Assembly: GCF_006345805.1 (NCBI RefSeq)
Contig: NC_042997.1
Coordinates: 161,200,001-161,264,000, forward strand
Direction: 5' to 3'
DNA: 64,000 bases
Source: Octopus sinensis
Taxonomy: Eukaryota
The notes below the pieces were generated by a model that worked only from the letters and a program-made list of their open reading frames with translations, ran no database searches and was not told the DNA's origin. Made by a program: the position numbers and the translations under genes. Shown in pieces: positions 36,663 to 48,936 of the stretch; positions within the stretch are counted from its first letter, which is position 1; every line of letters begins with the position of its first letter.

Positions 36663-37496
36663 GGAAAGAGGGTTTGAAAAAGCAAAGGTCTTTTAACGAT
36701 GTTTATTGACTTGACCGGTTTCACTTTTTTAAAAACAGATTATCAAAAGTAAAATGTAAAGTTTTGCATAAGCTTGTTGTGTTAAAAAATGGTTATCATA
36801 ATTGTATTAAAATTGTATTTATACAGAATTTTAGGGAAATGACAAACCTTTCCATCAATCATCTCCTGTCTTTTAGTGTGTGTATGAGAAATGCTTATTT
36901 CTAAAAATAGTGTGGGAGGTTGGATGGTGGGGGAGATCATTGTGGAATCAAAAGGAATTTTTCTGGGTTAGTCTGTCCATGGCAGACTAGCCCAGAAATA
37001 AAAAGATCCTTTTGATTCCACAATGCTCTCTCTCACCAACCAACCTCCCACACTATTTCTAAAAATAGCAAGCATTTCTCATACACACTACAAAACAGGA
37101 GATGATGGATGGAAAGGTTGGTCATTCCCCTAAAATTCTGTATAAATACTTAAATATGATTCCTTCTGTATATATGCTTCTATACAACCATGATTTTTGA
37201 TTAACTTAAAATAATTATAAATTTATTTTACAGCCTATTTTGAACACTTTCATGTAAACTATTTAAACAAAAAGCCCCTCTTAACATTTTCTTATCATTC
37301 ATTGTCAAAGATTCTATTTTTTAACATCTTATCAAAGACTATAACTGTATTTTAATACAATTATGATAACCATTTTTTAATACAACAAAGCATATAGAAA
37401 GTTTTGAATTTTACTTTTAAAAAGAAAGTGTAACCGGTCAACTCAATAAACATCTTTAAAAGACCTCTACATTTTCAAACCCTCTTTCCTATATAT
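36656..37496. repeat. About 840-bp imperfect palindrome centred on CCATGG (36977-36982)
   Basis: Outer arms 36656-36812 and 37351-37496, inner arms 36815-36979 and 36980-37149, about 200 bp extra in the right arm. Degenerate HHR at 36709-36750 (minus). Confidence 0.85.
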
Positions 37497-39658
37497 TTTC
37501 ACTTGTGCGGTACCTTGCAAATTTACTTTGTTTTATATATATATTATACATACATATGTACGCAAGCATGTATGTGTATGCATATGGATGTATATGCATG
37601 CAATGCACTATCTAACATATCTATGTCTTATAGCCAACACTATGCTTTACGACAGTTGTAAATAATTTCTCGGTGAAATATGCGCGCAGACTGAAAAGGA
37701 GGGAGCTGTCATACGTGTTTCGATTTTTGGTAAATTAGTCATCAGGAACTGTGTTCTCCAACAAACATATTGAACAGATGAATTCTTTACAATTTTTGTA
37801 ATATATATATGTAAGTTCTATTGTACATCATAACAAGGAAACCAAAAATGCTAGAACATCAATAATTTACTATGCATGCACATGTGTGTGTCTGTTTATC
37901 TGTTTCTGTGTTGTTCGTCGATGAATGCCGGCAAACGATGTCAACAAATGAAAAATCTTCACAGGCAGTAACGTATGAACAAAGTCTGGAGAGATGTTAC
38001 ATGCACCCAGATTGTCAGATTCAGTAATCAAGTTATTTTGTGGCATTATCTAATTATACAGTGGTTAGATTTTCGGATTTAGAAATTACAAACCTACAAA
38101 TATTTATTCGAAATATTGATAAAACTCATTAATATGCTTTTCAAACATCTGTTAGCAATTGAAATAAAGTATTCAAGTATTCAATACAGTATTATAACTG
38201 TGATATCCATTTTTAAAAGCGATCTTTCTTCTCGTTTTGACAAGATGTATTCCTGACATCTAAATTGGTGATCAACGTATTCCTTTGCAGTTCAAGCAAT
38301 CATTTCGTTGTGCATGTGGTTTACATTTCAACTGAAGATATTTCACTATACATTGTGTTATATCTGAATGTTAATCGTTTCTTTAGCATCCAATCCATTG
38401 ATAATGTCTAAAATTGCAAATGTCATATTATTTATATAAATTGTGTGTACTTTAATTAATAACAAATATTCTATGTTGAATACTAGTAACGCAAGTAGCA
38501 GATTTTGAAACAAAGGAGCTATTCGATAATCATATAATACGGAAATAGAATCTCAACAAATCTTGAAGATACTATACTAAAAGTGGCGAATAAAAAGTTA
38601 ATGAGCAAAATTATCCATATTCTCTCAGAGTACTTTATGCGGTTTGGGCGCAGAGAAAGCTTGCTATTAAAAGATTTATCTTCATAATCAAGATGTCTCT
38701 CGTTTAATTCCGATATGAGGATTATTGGAAAAATATCTTCTGGTATAACTTCAGGTTGCTGAAAGTTTTGCGGTTGAAAATATATAGGGAAGAAACAGTA
38801 ATGAATCCTTTCCAACTGCACCAATTCACGGATAGTAGAACTAATCTGTCACCGGTTTATCCCCATCACATAGACCATGAATGACATTAGCAGTGTCCAT
38901 TTCGTTTCAAGCATTCAGAGCAGATATCTAGTTGTAGTTTACTTCTCTCTTCTCTCCAACTAGTATCAGAGAATCCTAGAAAGCAAAAGCATAAAGTCGG
39001 AAGTGTAGCCCTTCCACCTCACACTTAGTCGTAAACAAGAAACAATATACATTTTCGGTAGATATATTTTATATAGTGATTTCTACTGGCAGTATTTATA
39101 TATTTTAAATATAGTTGATGAAAATAAAAAATAAAAAAAGTTTTCAATTATGCTACTGATCACATTACTTTGAAAGTTTCGTACTTATGTCAATAAGACG
39201 AATATTAACATGAATTACCCAGAATCTATTTTAGAATACCTATTTCAATATTTCTTTTGAATTCAAACATTTATAGACTTTAATATCTTCGAATAATGGA
39301 TCTGTTTTGGTATCTACTGCGCTGCAATATATTAATATACTCTAAATTACTTGAAAATTAAAAAATCTGGAACACTTCATTAGATACATTTAAAATCTTT
39401 TGTCAGGTTTGATGAACTTTTGAGATTTAAGATAAGCCATTTTAGATTTCCAGCTTATGTTAACTGCATTTAACTTCATGCTTACTATTGATTTTGTACT
39501 GATTAATGCAATGATATTAGATTACATTGGGAAAAAGATGGCTGCAATATTTCATCGCATTCTATGTAATATTTTCAAATTACTCTGCTTGTCCCTGACA
39601 AAAAGTTATCTATGATGTATACATGTATGTATGTATTATTAGAATCTGTATTACCACA

Positions 39659-39862
39659 AAGCGGTGAGCAGGCAAAATCCTTAGTATACCGGACAAAATG
39701 CTTAGCGGCATTTCTTCTGGTTTCATGTTCTTAGTTCAAGCTCCTCGCTCATCGACTTAACTTTCAAGATCAGTAAAGTAAGCATCAGTTGAACACTGGG
39801 GTAAGTATAATCGACTACCCACCTCCTCTAAAATTTCACGTTTTGTTTTTACATTAGACAGA
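39659..39862 (+). mobile_element. Short SINE relic (family of 51762-51965)
   Basis: GCGGTGAGCAGGCAAAATC..AAATGCTTAGCGGCATTTC..GTTCAAG. Confidence 0.65.
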
Positions 39863-40216
39863 AAAAATGTGTAAATTATCTCGCAGTATACTTTTTAAAA
39901 ATTAAATATATAAAGATTCTTCTTCTTTTATATTAAGCTCGACAGCGTTTCCATTTTCAATTTCATTATAAAAATAGTTCGCCCTTTCAAATTTTATCAT
40001 AAAAGGCATCAGTCTGAAGTACAGTCATTTATAGCAGATATAATCTAGGTATAATCCTTTTAAATATCAGGCTATTGGAAACATCATAACTTAACCATCC
40101 ATATGAAAATGAAAATACATCATAGATCAAGATATCTATATTGGAGTATCGAAAGCTAAATCTGCAACATTATTTCGCCGGAAAATAATTAATTTTTTCA
40201 TATAAATTTCATATAA

Positions 40217-40613
40217 AGGCGCAGGAGTGGTTGTGTGGTAAGTAGCTTGTTTACCAGCCACATGGTTCCGGGTTCAGTCCCACTGTGTGGCACCTTGGGC
40301 AAGTGTCTTCTACTATAGCCTCGGGCCGACCAAAGCCTTGTGAGTGGATTTGGTAGACGGAAACTGAAAGAAGCCCGTCGTATATATATGTATATATATG
40401 CGTGTGTGTTTGTGTGTCTGTGTTTGTCCCCCTAGCATTGCTTGACAACCGATGCTGGTGTCTTTATGTCCCCGTTACTTAGCGGTTCGGCAAAAGAGAC
40501 CGATAGAATAAGTACTGAGCTTACAAAAGAATAACTCCCGGTGTCGAGTTGCTCGATTAAAGGCGGTGCTCCAGCATGGCCGCAGTCAAATGACTGAAAC
40601 AAGTAAAAGAGTA
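40217..40613 (+). mobile_element. tRNA-derived SINE, best-preserved copy
   Basis: A-box TGGTTGTGTGG, B-box-like GGTTCAGTCC, internal TA/TG microsatellite, 3' end GACTGAAACAAGTAAAAGAGTAAA. Confidence 0.9.
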
Positions 40614-42494
40614 AATTTATCAAACAGTACACATACACATATACATATACATACACACACATTATTCTTTATCTAATACAACGCTTTCTCAAATTCACGG
40701 TATCTATTCAATTTAAGATATTTGGTTTCAGTAATTTTACTTTGTGTATTGAAAGCTTAATTGTGGAACTAACATTAAATATACTTTATAAAACATTCAT
40801 GATATAAAGTTACTAATGTAAAATATCTTCTAATTTATGTTGTATTTTAAGATCTTTTAACTTCAGTTAGGATCACTAAGTAACACATATTAAATAGAAA
40901 CATTTTTAATAATGAAGAATAAACTGGAAGTGTTCTTGGACGTTATAAGTGCAAAATAGTCGTTTGTATGTCATATGTATTGATGAGGTTGTGAAATTTA
41001 GTTGTACGATGTACGAATGAAGAAAAATACCAAAGGAGTATGACGTTAACAAGTGTTTGCATTGCTCAGAAGAGCAACATATTTCTAGTCATGTATTGTC
41101 TACATAGAAATAACGTTGACACATTTGCTAGACAACTTGAGGCGATAGGAGAATTTTGGTTGTCTTGACTAAGTACTGACGTGACAATACATATGAACAT
41201 TGATGGTGTTGCCTGATTTTAGAAATGAAAACTAGATAAAGACTAACTTTCTGAGATATAGGTATCTGGGATACTTCAGGATGTGATATAAGGTCAAAAG
41301 CGAAGACAAGCCATGTGTATCGAATTCACTGAGTATGATGACTACAGAGACAGACAAACAGACAGAAACAAAAAGAGAGGTGATTTGATGTATCTTGAAA
41401 CACGCCAAGAACTGTGGACAGTAGAATTTCGAAGAGCATGAACAGCTGAAACTAGTGAATTAATTTAAAGTCACTGTTACTGACGAGGCGGTTAATAAGA
41501 AACGTGGATCCTACGTAAGCTCAATAATGACATTTTAAACAGAATGCTAAATATAAGCGTGGCCTTGATTTCGGGGGCTGGTTAGAGGAAGACGTAGAAA
41601 AATATGTATCAGAATGAACCATGTGACCTAAGTCTTACTATAGGGTACTGACTAGGAAAGGACTAAACTACACTAAACAAGGCAATTTGTCTGGTGCTCT
41701 ACTGGTTCTGCCATCCTCTGTTTGAAGTGGATGTTTTAAATTTTAGACTAGAATTATATAATGAAAATCTGATTGCGTAAACAAAAATATTAATTGTATC
41801 CTTCGCAGACAAATGATTTTATCAAATGAATGATGAATGCCATTTTTATTTCAATATTTATGCACATTTCTAAGATTTCCAAGAATTTCACTTACAAGTA
41901 ATACAATTATTTGATAAATAAAATCCAACGATTAAATTACAGCAATGTAATGAAACCTGAAAAGGCCAAAATATATAGATACTATTCATTGCAGTTGTGT
42001 TAATATGGAGATAGATTCAGAATTGTGGATTTCTCTTTTCAGTGGAACATGTAGTATGGTATGTATACAAGTAACAAAGAGAAGCCTTAAATACGCTGTT
42101 AGAAGCACAACCTATTTCACTCACCATCTTTCTTGTTTGTCAGCCAACCTCCGGTTTTCTGCCACTTTGTTCCCTGTCTACGCATGATACTTTATAACCT
42201 GTTAAGTAGTTTGCTTTACATTTACAGGAAAAGTTATATCAAATCTACTAACATTATTTTGCTCAATAGATTTATCGCACCAGATATTCATAAGCATTAC
42301 AAGAACATTTCCAGTTCACACGCCCACACGCGCGCACACCCACCCACGCACACGTGCTCACACACAGAAGCATATATAATGAAACGTTGCTTAGCCTGTA
42401 AAAAATAGCTACCAATTATCCATCAAATCATGTTATACAATCTTAAGGCAAACCGAACTGTATAATAAGGTCAATAGTTTTGAGATACACCTTG

Positions 42495-43370
42495 CGAATG
42501 TCCTGGGATGCACCGTCAGTGGTGTTTCTAGTCTTAGGGTGTTTCGGTTATTTCAACATCGGACCCTCTCGCTCAGTTGTCCCAGATGTGGTTGATCAAA
42601 TTCCAGCTTGCAACACTTGTCTGCCCCTTTTATCTTAAGCCACTTAGTGGCATTATCTGCAGCTTCAGTGATGGAATGTATATCCTTTCTCTTTTCTGCA
42701 CAAGTAATTCCAGGTCCAGTCACAGCTTTCAATAATGAGCAATCCGTAAAACCTCGACAACCCATTTCTGTTGCCTCACAACGTTCCTTCCATCTCCGAT
42801 TTCTGCACTGCTCTAGCAGCCTCGGGAATCTGGTAAGCTTCCTCTATGTGTTCTTGTAACGGCACAGTCTGTTCCCACATGATCACCTGTTTAGTAGAAT
42901 TTGAGATCACTATATCTGAGCAGAGTGTTTTTGGGACGATGTGATCAGGGAACTTCAACCGTTTCACTCTCAGCTGCCAGTCTGGGACTGTGGAAAGTTG
43001 AATTTGAAGTTTCAATGAAAACTCCGGTTTTGAGAAATGTAATGCCTTCTTTTCTGAAGCCGTATATACTGGATTGAATGACTGTTGATAACCGCCATGC
43101 GCGTCTGGTTGTACCACCAGCTGTGGCGGCCATCATCTAAGGTACTGAGGCAGCTGATGAGGAGGTGTTCGTTGAAGGAACCTTTATGAAAGCATAAGGG
43201 ACAGGTTGGTGTTTCACTTCTGTCCCAGATGTAAAGGTTTGTTGGACTTGGCAAAATGTCGTACACTTCCTGGATTAGTTATCTGATACACTGGACATCA
43301 GCGCACCAGATATCCAACCAGGTAATGCTCTGCTTCTGTATATTGGCTCACCTTCTCCAGGCTTCTTTTT
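42495..43370 (-). mobile_element. HERO-like RLE retrotransposon, 3' relic
   Basis: SITWLDIW..VYDILPSPTNL..TPTCPLC..EHLLISC..DGRHSW, LKFPDHIV..SDIVI..STKQV..TVP, GCRGF..EAADNATKWL. 3' UTR has CCGAAACACCCT..CACTGACGG. Confidence 0.85.
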
Positions 43371-43769
43371 AGCTAAGTTCCACTACCGTGCTAGCACTTG
43401 CTTCTTCAATGCTTTGCGAACTTCTTGGAGTAGCTGCTTTCGCTCGTTTTCTTTGGTGCTTCCAATTTGGTGGGTTGGGAAGTAACCCACGCCTGATTAC
43501 CTATTGCCTCAATCCCAGCCACAGTCCTCTGCCTCAACCGTTCCTCTTCCACCCGAAACACTCGGACAGTAATACATTTTCTACCTTTGCAAACTTCAAA
43601 GCCAACAGCTTATTTTGTGTCACAGGAAGTGTTATCATGTACATTGTTGTGTCTTGGTATAAATGATGGGTTACAGCAAATATTCTGCCCAATACCACAG
43701 GTTTTCTTGTTAGTTGTTTGCCCATAACCAGTTGAGCATGCCCCTTAATGACTGATGATATGTGCCTCT

Positions 43770-44103
43770 CTGATCAAGAGCAGATGTAGTGGTGGAGCAT
43801 CATAGCTATGTGCCGAGAGGAATTCTTTGGGGTTTCAATAATTCACCTTTGGAAATTCGAGTGTTTTGTCCAACATACTTTTTGAGCGAGATGGGATAAT
43901 CGGCCTAAAGAAAATGTTAACAGGGCCCCAGATGCAAGGTCATACGCTGTTTATCTTAATATGAGATCACCATGTCGTGCACATATGATTGTGCTGCATG
44001 TGCCTGGCGTACCCTTATCAGACGGATAGTCATGATGGATATATTGGGCTTCGTATATTTGTACCCCAGTGTCACTTGGATGGCATGCACTGCTCTTTCA
44101 CTC

Positions 44104-44105
<2 letters not shown>
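43770..44105 (+). mobile_element. Non-coding retroposon 3' segment ('family F') ending GCACTGCTCT(T/C)TCACTC(AAT)n
   Basis: Homologous to 47421-47784 and 46705-46830 (both minus). May extend upstream to about 43380. Confidence 0.75.
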
Positions 44106-44165
<60 letters not shown>

Positions 44166-44202
44166 TAATAATAATAATTATTATTATTATTATTATTATT
44201 AT

Positions 44203-44241
<39 letters not shown>

Positions 44242-44267
44242 CAGTAGTAGTAGTAGTAGTAGTAGTT

Positions 44268-44330
<63 letters not shown>

Positions 44331-44334
44331 TAAT

Positions 44335-44856
44335 AATCCACTGGGAATTATGTAGAACGCTAGGAATTGACCATAATGATAAATGGTGTGAACATGAAGT
44401 GAGTAAAGTACTAGAAAGTAAGAAATTCAGTATAAGATGTTGTAAGACTTTAACATCAGACGGACAGAGTAATAGAAGCTAGAAGACCTGATTTAGTAGT
44501 AGTAGGTAAAGAGAACAGAAAGTGCCAGATAATTGACTTTACAATTCCAAATGAAGAAAAACTTCAAATGAAAGGTATAGAAAAATAGCAAAGTACCAGG
44601 ACCTAGCCACTGAATTACAGAGCCTAAGGAAAGTGCGGGTAAAATGTATCCCAGTAGTTGTATATGCATTAAGAACTATCCCTAAAGATTTGGACTGATG
44701 GATAGAGGAAATAGGCATAAAATCCAGTTTAGTACAGCTCCAGAAAACAGTATTATTAGAGACTGCTAAGATACTTATGAGGATTCTTGGAATCTAAGTT
44801 TAATTGTAGCCCAATCTTAGTAATTTCTTTTCCAACAGTCTAACCTGTTGTGTGTA
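44335..44856 (+). mobile_element. Dong/R4-like family D, 3' fragment
   Basis: IIHWELC..IEARRPDLVVV..CQIIDFTIP..KYQDLATEL..IPVVV..LQKTVLLETAKIL; (AAT)n tail. Confidence 0.85.
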
Positions 44857-44879
44857 TAATAATAATAATAATAATGATA

Positions 44880-44937
<58 letters not shown>

Positions 44938-45131
44938 CTTTACTATAGACACAAGGCCTGAAATATGGTGGGAAGGGACTAGTTAATTACAGCGACCCCA
45001 GTGTGTCACTGGTGCTTATTTCATTGGCCCCGAAAGAATGAAAGTCGACCTCGGTGATTTTCAACTCAGAACGTAAGGACGGACGAAACGCCGCTAAGCA
45101 TTTCGCCCGGCGTGCTAGCGAGTCTGCCAGC
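44938..45131 (-). mobile_element. Short SINE
   Basis: Reverse complement matches the 51762-51965 family. Confidence 0.8.
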
Positions 45132-45544
45132 CAAAGATAATTATAATAACCACGATGATGATGATGATGAGGATGATGAGGATGAGGATGAGGATGAGGA
45201 TGATGACGACGGCGACGCTACTTTCTTCATACACGATTAAGGTTTAACAAAAACCGTTAGGGATGGTACATAAATTGTACATAAATTGAAGCGTGTAACC
45301 TGTAAAAAATAGTGATTATAAATTTAAACAACAAAAATTTCTACAAAATAGTGTAATTTGCTAGTACTGTTTGTGGAGACCCCACAAACCCACGGTCACC
45401 CGAACCACAAGGGCAAGTGTCTTCATTATATCGTCTTCCTGTTCACGTGGACCAATCCTCCCACATTCAGCCACATTTCAATAAAATTGCAGGGAACCAG
45501 TACTCTCCTCTCCACCATTACCTTCTTTTTGAAATGAAACTTAA

Positions 45545-46085
45545 ATAGATTCATAAAGTGAAGTCGTCGTCCAGAACCAGCAATGGTCCCTGGTAGCACT
45601 GCGATGTCAGGGATTTCTGGAAATTATTCTTGGGCCCTGGGCTGAAAATCCTCCGGAATAGATCAGCCTGTTGATTCTTGACGACATTTAGGGTCTCTCC
45701 GAGAATATCGTAACACTTGTTCCCGGCAAACCCTTTATTGACCGCCAATCTGAAACTTCCACCGACTGACAGAGAACTGTGAGCGTCTGACGAAACTTTA
45801 GGTTCCATGAGCCCTGTCTCAGTCTACGTTCGACACAGCGCTACAGATTTGTCAAAGAGACGAGCTGCGGAAGCTTGCAGGGCACGTCATCCCAACCAGG
45901 CAATTTGATCTCCGTGCACCCCATCATCAAATCCCGTTTCAGCAGCAGTTATCAGCTTTTCGCAATGCTCTGTATCCTTTGCCAAGAGCCGTAGCATACC
46001 GTCCATCTTGCCATCTGGACTACCATTCGTCGCTGTTGAGCGAAGGGCAGCTGATATGCCTAACCCATTTGTTCAGACTAGAACA
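45545..46085 (-). mobile_element. Tx1/L1-clade LINE fragment
   Basis: DILGETLNVVKNQQADLFRRIFSPGPKNNFQKSLTSQCYQGPL, homologous to the 14830-15262 fragment. Confidence 0.75.
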
Positions 46086-46094
46086 GATATGTGC

Positions 46095-46163
<69 letters not shown>

Positions 46164-46179
46164 GAGTGAGAGAGTAGTG

Positions 46180-46535
46180 CCGGGGACGTTTAAGATGTGA
46201 GCACGATAAAACAGTGCTCCGAAATCTATCCACAAACATCGAATACAAAGACATTGTATGGAGCCAAAAATTTACTGACAAAGGATTGGACTATATCCGA
46301 GTAAGTTATACACATTGAAATTTATTACTATTTTCGAAACGAAATGATGTATTTTAAACTCGATATCATCTCCACCTCTAACACAACACATGTAAACATG
46401 CGTGGAACATTATGATCCTTCAACACCAGATCATCCCCGACCCCAAACACCATGTACAAAAAAACTACGAAGAAATTAAATAACACCGATATTATTCAAC
46501 CCAAGAATAACAATCGAGAAGTACGTACTTTAAAC

Positions 46536-46538
<3 letters not shown>
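46180..46538 (+). mobile_element. Dong/R4-like family A, 5' UTR and first codons
   Basis: Begins CCGGGGACGTTTAAGATG; homologous to the reverse complement of 60470-60815; ATG TAC AAA (MYK.TTKKLN) at 46452. Confidence 0.8.
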
Positions 46539-46629
<91 letters not shown>

Positions 46630-46661
46630 TCATCATCATCATCATCATCACCACCACCATT

Positions 46662-46703
<42 letters not shown>

Positions 46704-46704
46704 T

Positions 46705-47135
46705 TCATCACAATCAGTATTGAGTGAGATAGCAGCGAATGCTATCTGAACGACGATGATGTGCAAATATACGAAGCCCAATACACCACTGTGACTACCA
46801 GTCTCATAAGTACACACCAGGCACGTGCATAACGATCTTTTTTCTGCTGTTATTCCATAGTGTTGGCATATTTCCAGTGTATATAGGTCCCAATTCTGTC
46901 ATGTCTGTGAATATATTCCTTCTTAGCCAGGTCTAGGCAGCCAGAGACCATATGATTTATTGCGTCTTCTCCATCGCCGCATATTCTGCAGTTACTTGTT
47001 CTTTTCATTGTGTGTTTTTGATGATTTCTGGTGGAAAGGCTTTGATCTTGTGCAATTAAAAATCCGTCAGTTTCTTCTTTGTGTTTTGAGCTTCTCAGCC
47101 ATTGTTGGTTTTTTTTTATTCTATTTCTTTTCTGT
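46705..47135 (-). mobile_element. Chimera: Dong family A coding fragment fused to the family F 3' end
   Basis: 47135-46835 encodes QQWLRSS..DQSL..CRICGDGE..RHDRIG; 46830-46705 is the family F tail. Confidence 0.7.
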
Positions 47136-47170
47136 TATTATTATTATTATTATCATTATTATTATTATTA

Positions 47171-47202
<32 letters not shown>

Positions 47203-47303
47203 TATTATTATTATCATCATTATCATTATTATTATTATTGTTATTATTGTTGTTGTTATTGTTGTTATTATCATTATTATCGTTATTATTATTATTATTA
47301 TTG

Positions 47304-47334
<31 letters not shown>

Positions 47335-47384
47335 TATTATTATTGTTATTATTATTGTTGTTGTTGTTGTTATTGTTGTTATTA

Positions 47385-47420
<36 letters not shown>

Positions 47421-47422
<2 letters not shown>

Positions 47423-48537
47423 TGAGAGAGCAGTGCATGACATCAAAGTGACACTAGGGTAAAATATATGAAGCCCAGTATACCCACTAAGACTACCCGT
47501 CTGATAAGGGTACACTAGACACATGTCATCACAACCATATGTGCACGAAACGGTGATATCTTATCAAGATAAACAACACATGACCTTGCAGGTGGGGTCC
47601 AGTTAGAATTTTCTTCTGGTCGAGTAACCCATCCTGCTCAAAAGGTCCCTGAATAAGGGTTGTTTAAGGATGTTGAACGAAACACCCATGTTTCTAAAGG
47701 TGAATTATTAAAACCCCAAAAAATCCCTCTCATCACATGGCTATGATGCTCCCCCACTACTTCTTTTCGTGATCAGAGATGCACGAGTATTCTAGCGGTT
47801 CCAAGCAGTGCTGTTTTCTGCAAGTGCTCCACCCTTATTGCAGCCCCTATTTGCTCCACGTACTTCTCGAGATTTTTGCTCACTGTTCCCAGGGCTCCGA
47901 CAATTATTGGTACTACTGCTACCTTTTTCATCGACCACGACTCCTTAACTTCCCAAGCTAACCTGTCATATCTCTCGACTTTTCTTTCTTCCTTATCGCA
48001 TACCTTGTTGTCAGCTGGGCATGCTATGTCTATAATCCAGCATAGATGATTTTCTTTCTCAATTAAGACTATGTCCTGCTTCCTATTCTCAATAACATGG
48101 TCGCATTCAAACATAAAATCCCAAAGGATCTTTGTATTTCTGTTTTCGACAATGATTTCAGGTTTGTGATAGTACCAATTTTTTGCTCTGTGAAGTCCAT
48201 ACTTGTTGCAAAGTGTCCAATGGATAAGCCTGGCTATATTGTCCTGGCGTCTCTTATATTTCCTCTGGGTTAGTGGTGTACATTGGCTGGTAATATGCCA
48301 TACGGTTTCACCGTTTTGTCCACAGATTTTGCACTTATCACTTTCTGCTGTGTTGTCTATTCTATATTTTATGTAGTTTGTGCACCCCATCATCAAATCC
48401 CGTTTCAGTCTTTTGCAGCACAGACTAGAGCCTCCGTTTTCGGTCTCAAATCACTTTTAGTCATCCACAGCCATCTTTTTCTGTCTGTCTTATCTTCAAC
48501 ATCCCTATTAAATTGACCATGCATTCTTTTCTTTACC

Positions 48538-48539
<2 letters not shown>
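47421..48539 (-). mobile_element. Chimera: Dong family B CCHC/RLE fragment (47785-48539) fused to the family F 3' end (47421-47784)
   Basis: ORF 47773-48396: CKICGQNGETVWHITSQC..LQKTALLGTARIL runs directly into family F sequence. Confidence 0.8.
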
Positions 48540-48635
<96 letters not shown>

Positions 48636-48852
48636 CATCATTATTATTATTATTATTAGGGATTCTCTTTATTTATTTATTATTTATTTCCCCACTTTCT
48701 ATTATATATCTGCTGTTATATCCTTTAATGTGGTAGTATCTATCCTTCATTGATGTTAACTCAACATATTTTTCTTTTTGTAATTTTTTCTGTGCTGTAA
48801 CTCGTCCTTCGATATTGTCTTGGGCCCTTGTGGCCAATAAAAGAAATCATTA

Positions 48853-48917
<65 letters not shown>

Positions 48918-48936
48918 ATTTATTATTATTATTATT

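Noticed and set aside
42125-42198. Minus-strand 74-bp AG/GT-bounded segment ending in ATG|GTGAGT, and a plus-strand MEIDSELW...M|GTATGT candidate at about 42005-42058
   Set aside because: No compatible downstream exon gave a sustained reading frame, and such splice-like signals are frequent by chance.
46960-47524. PolyI/L/Y/N/S ORFs (also at 12.3, 14.3, 44.1, 46.5 and 60.9-61.4 kb)
   Set aside because: They are translations of (AAT)/(AGT)/(GAA)/(AAC) trinucleotide tracts.
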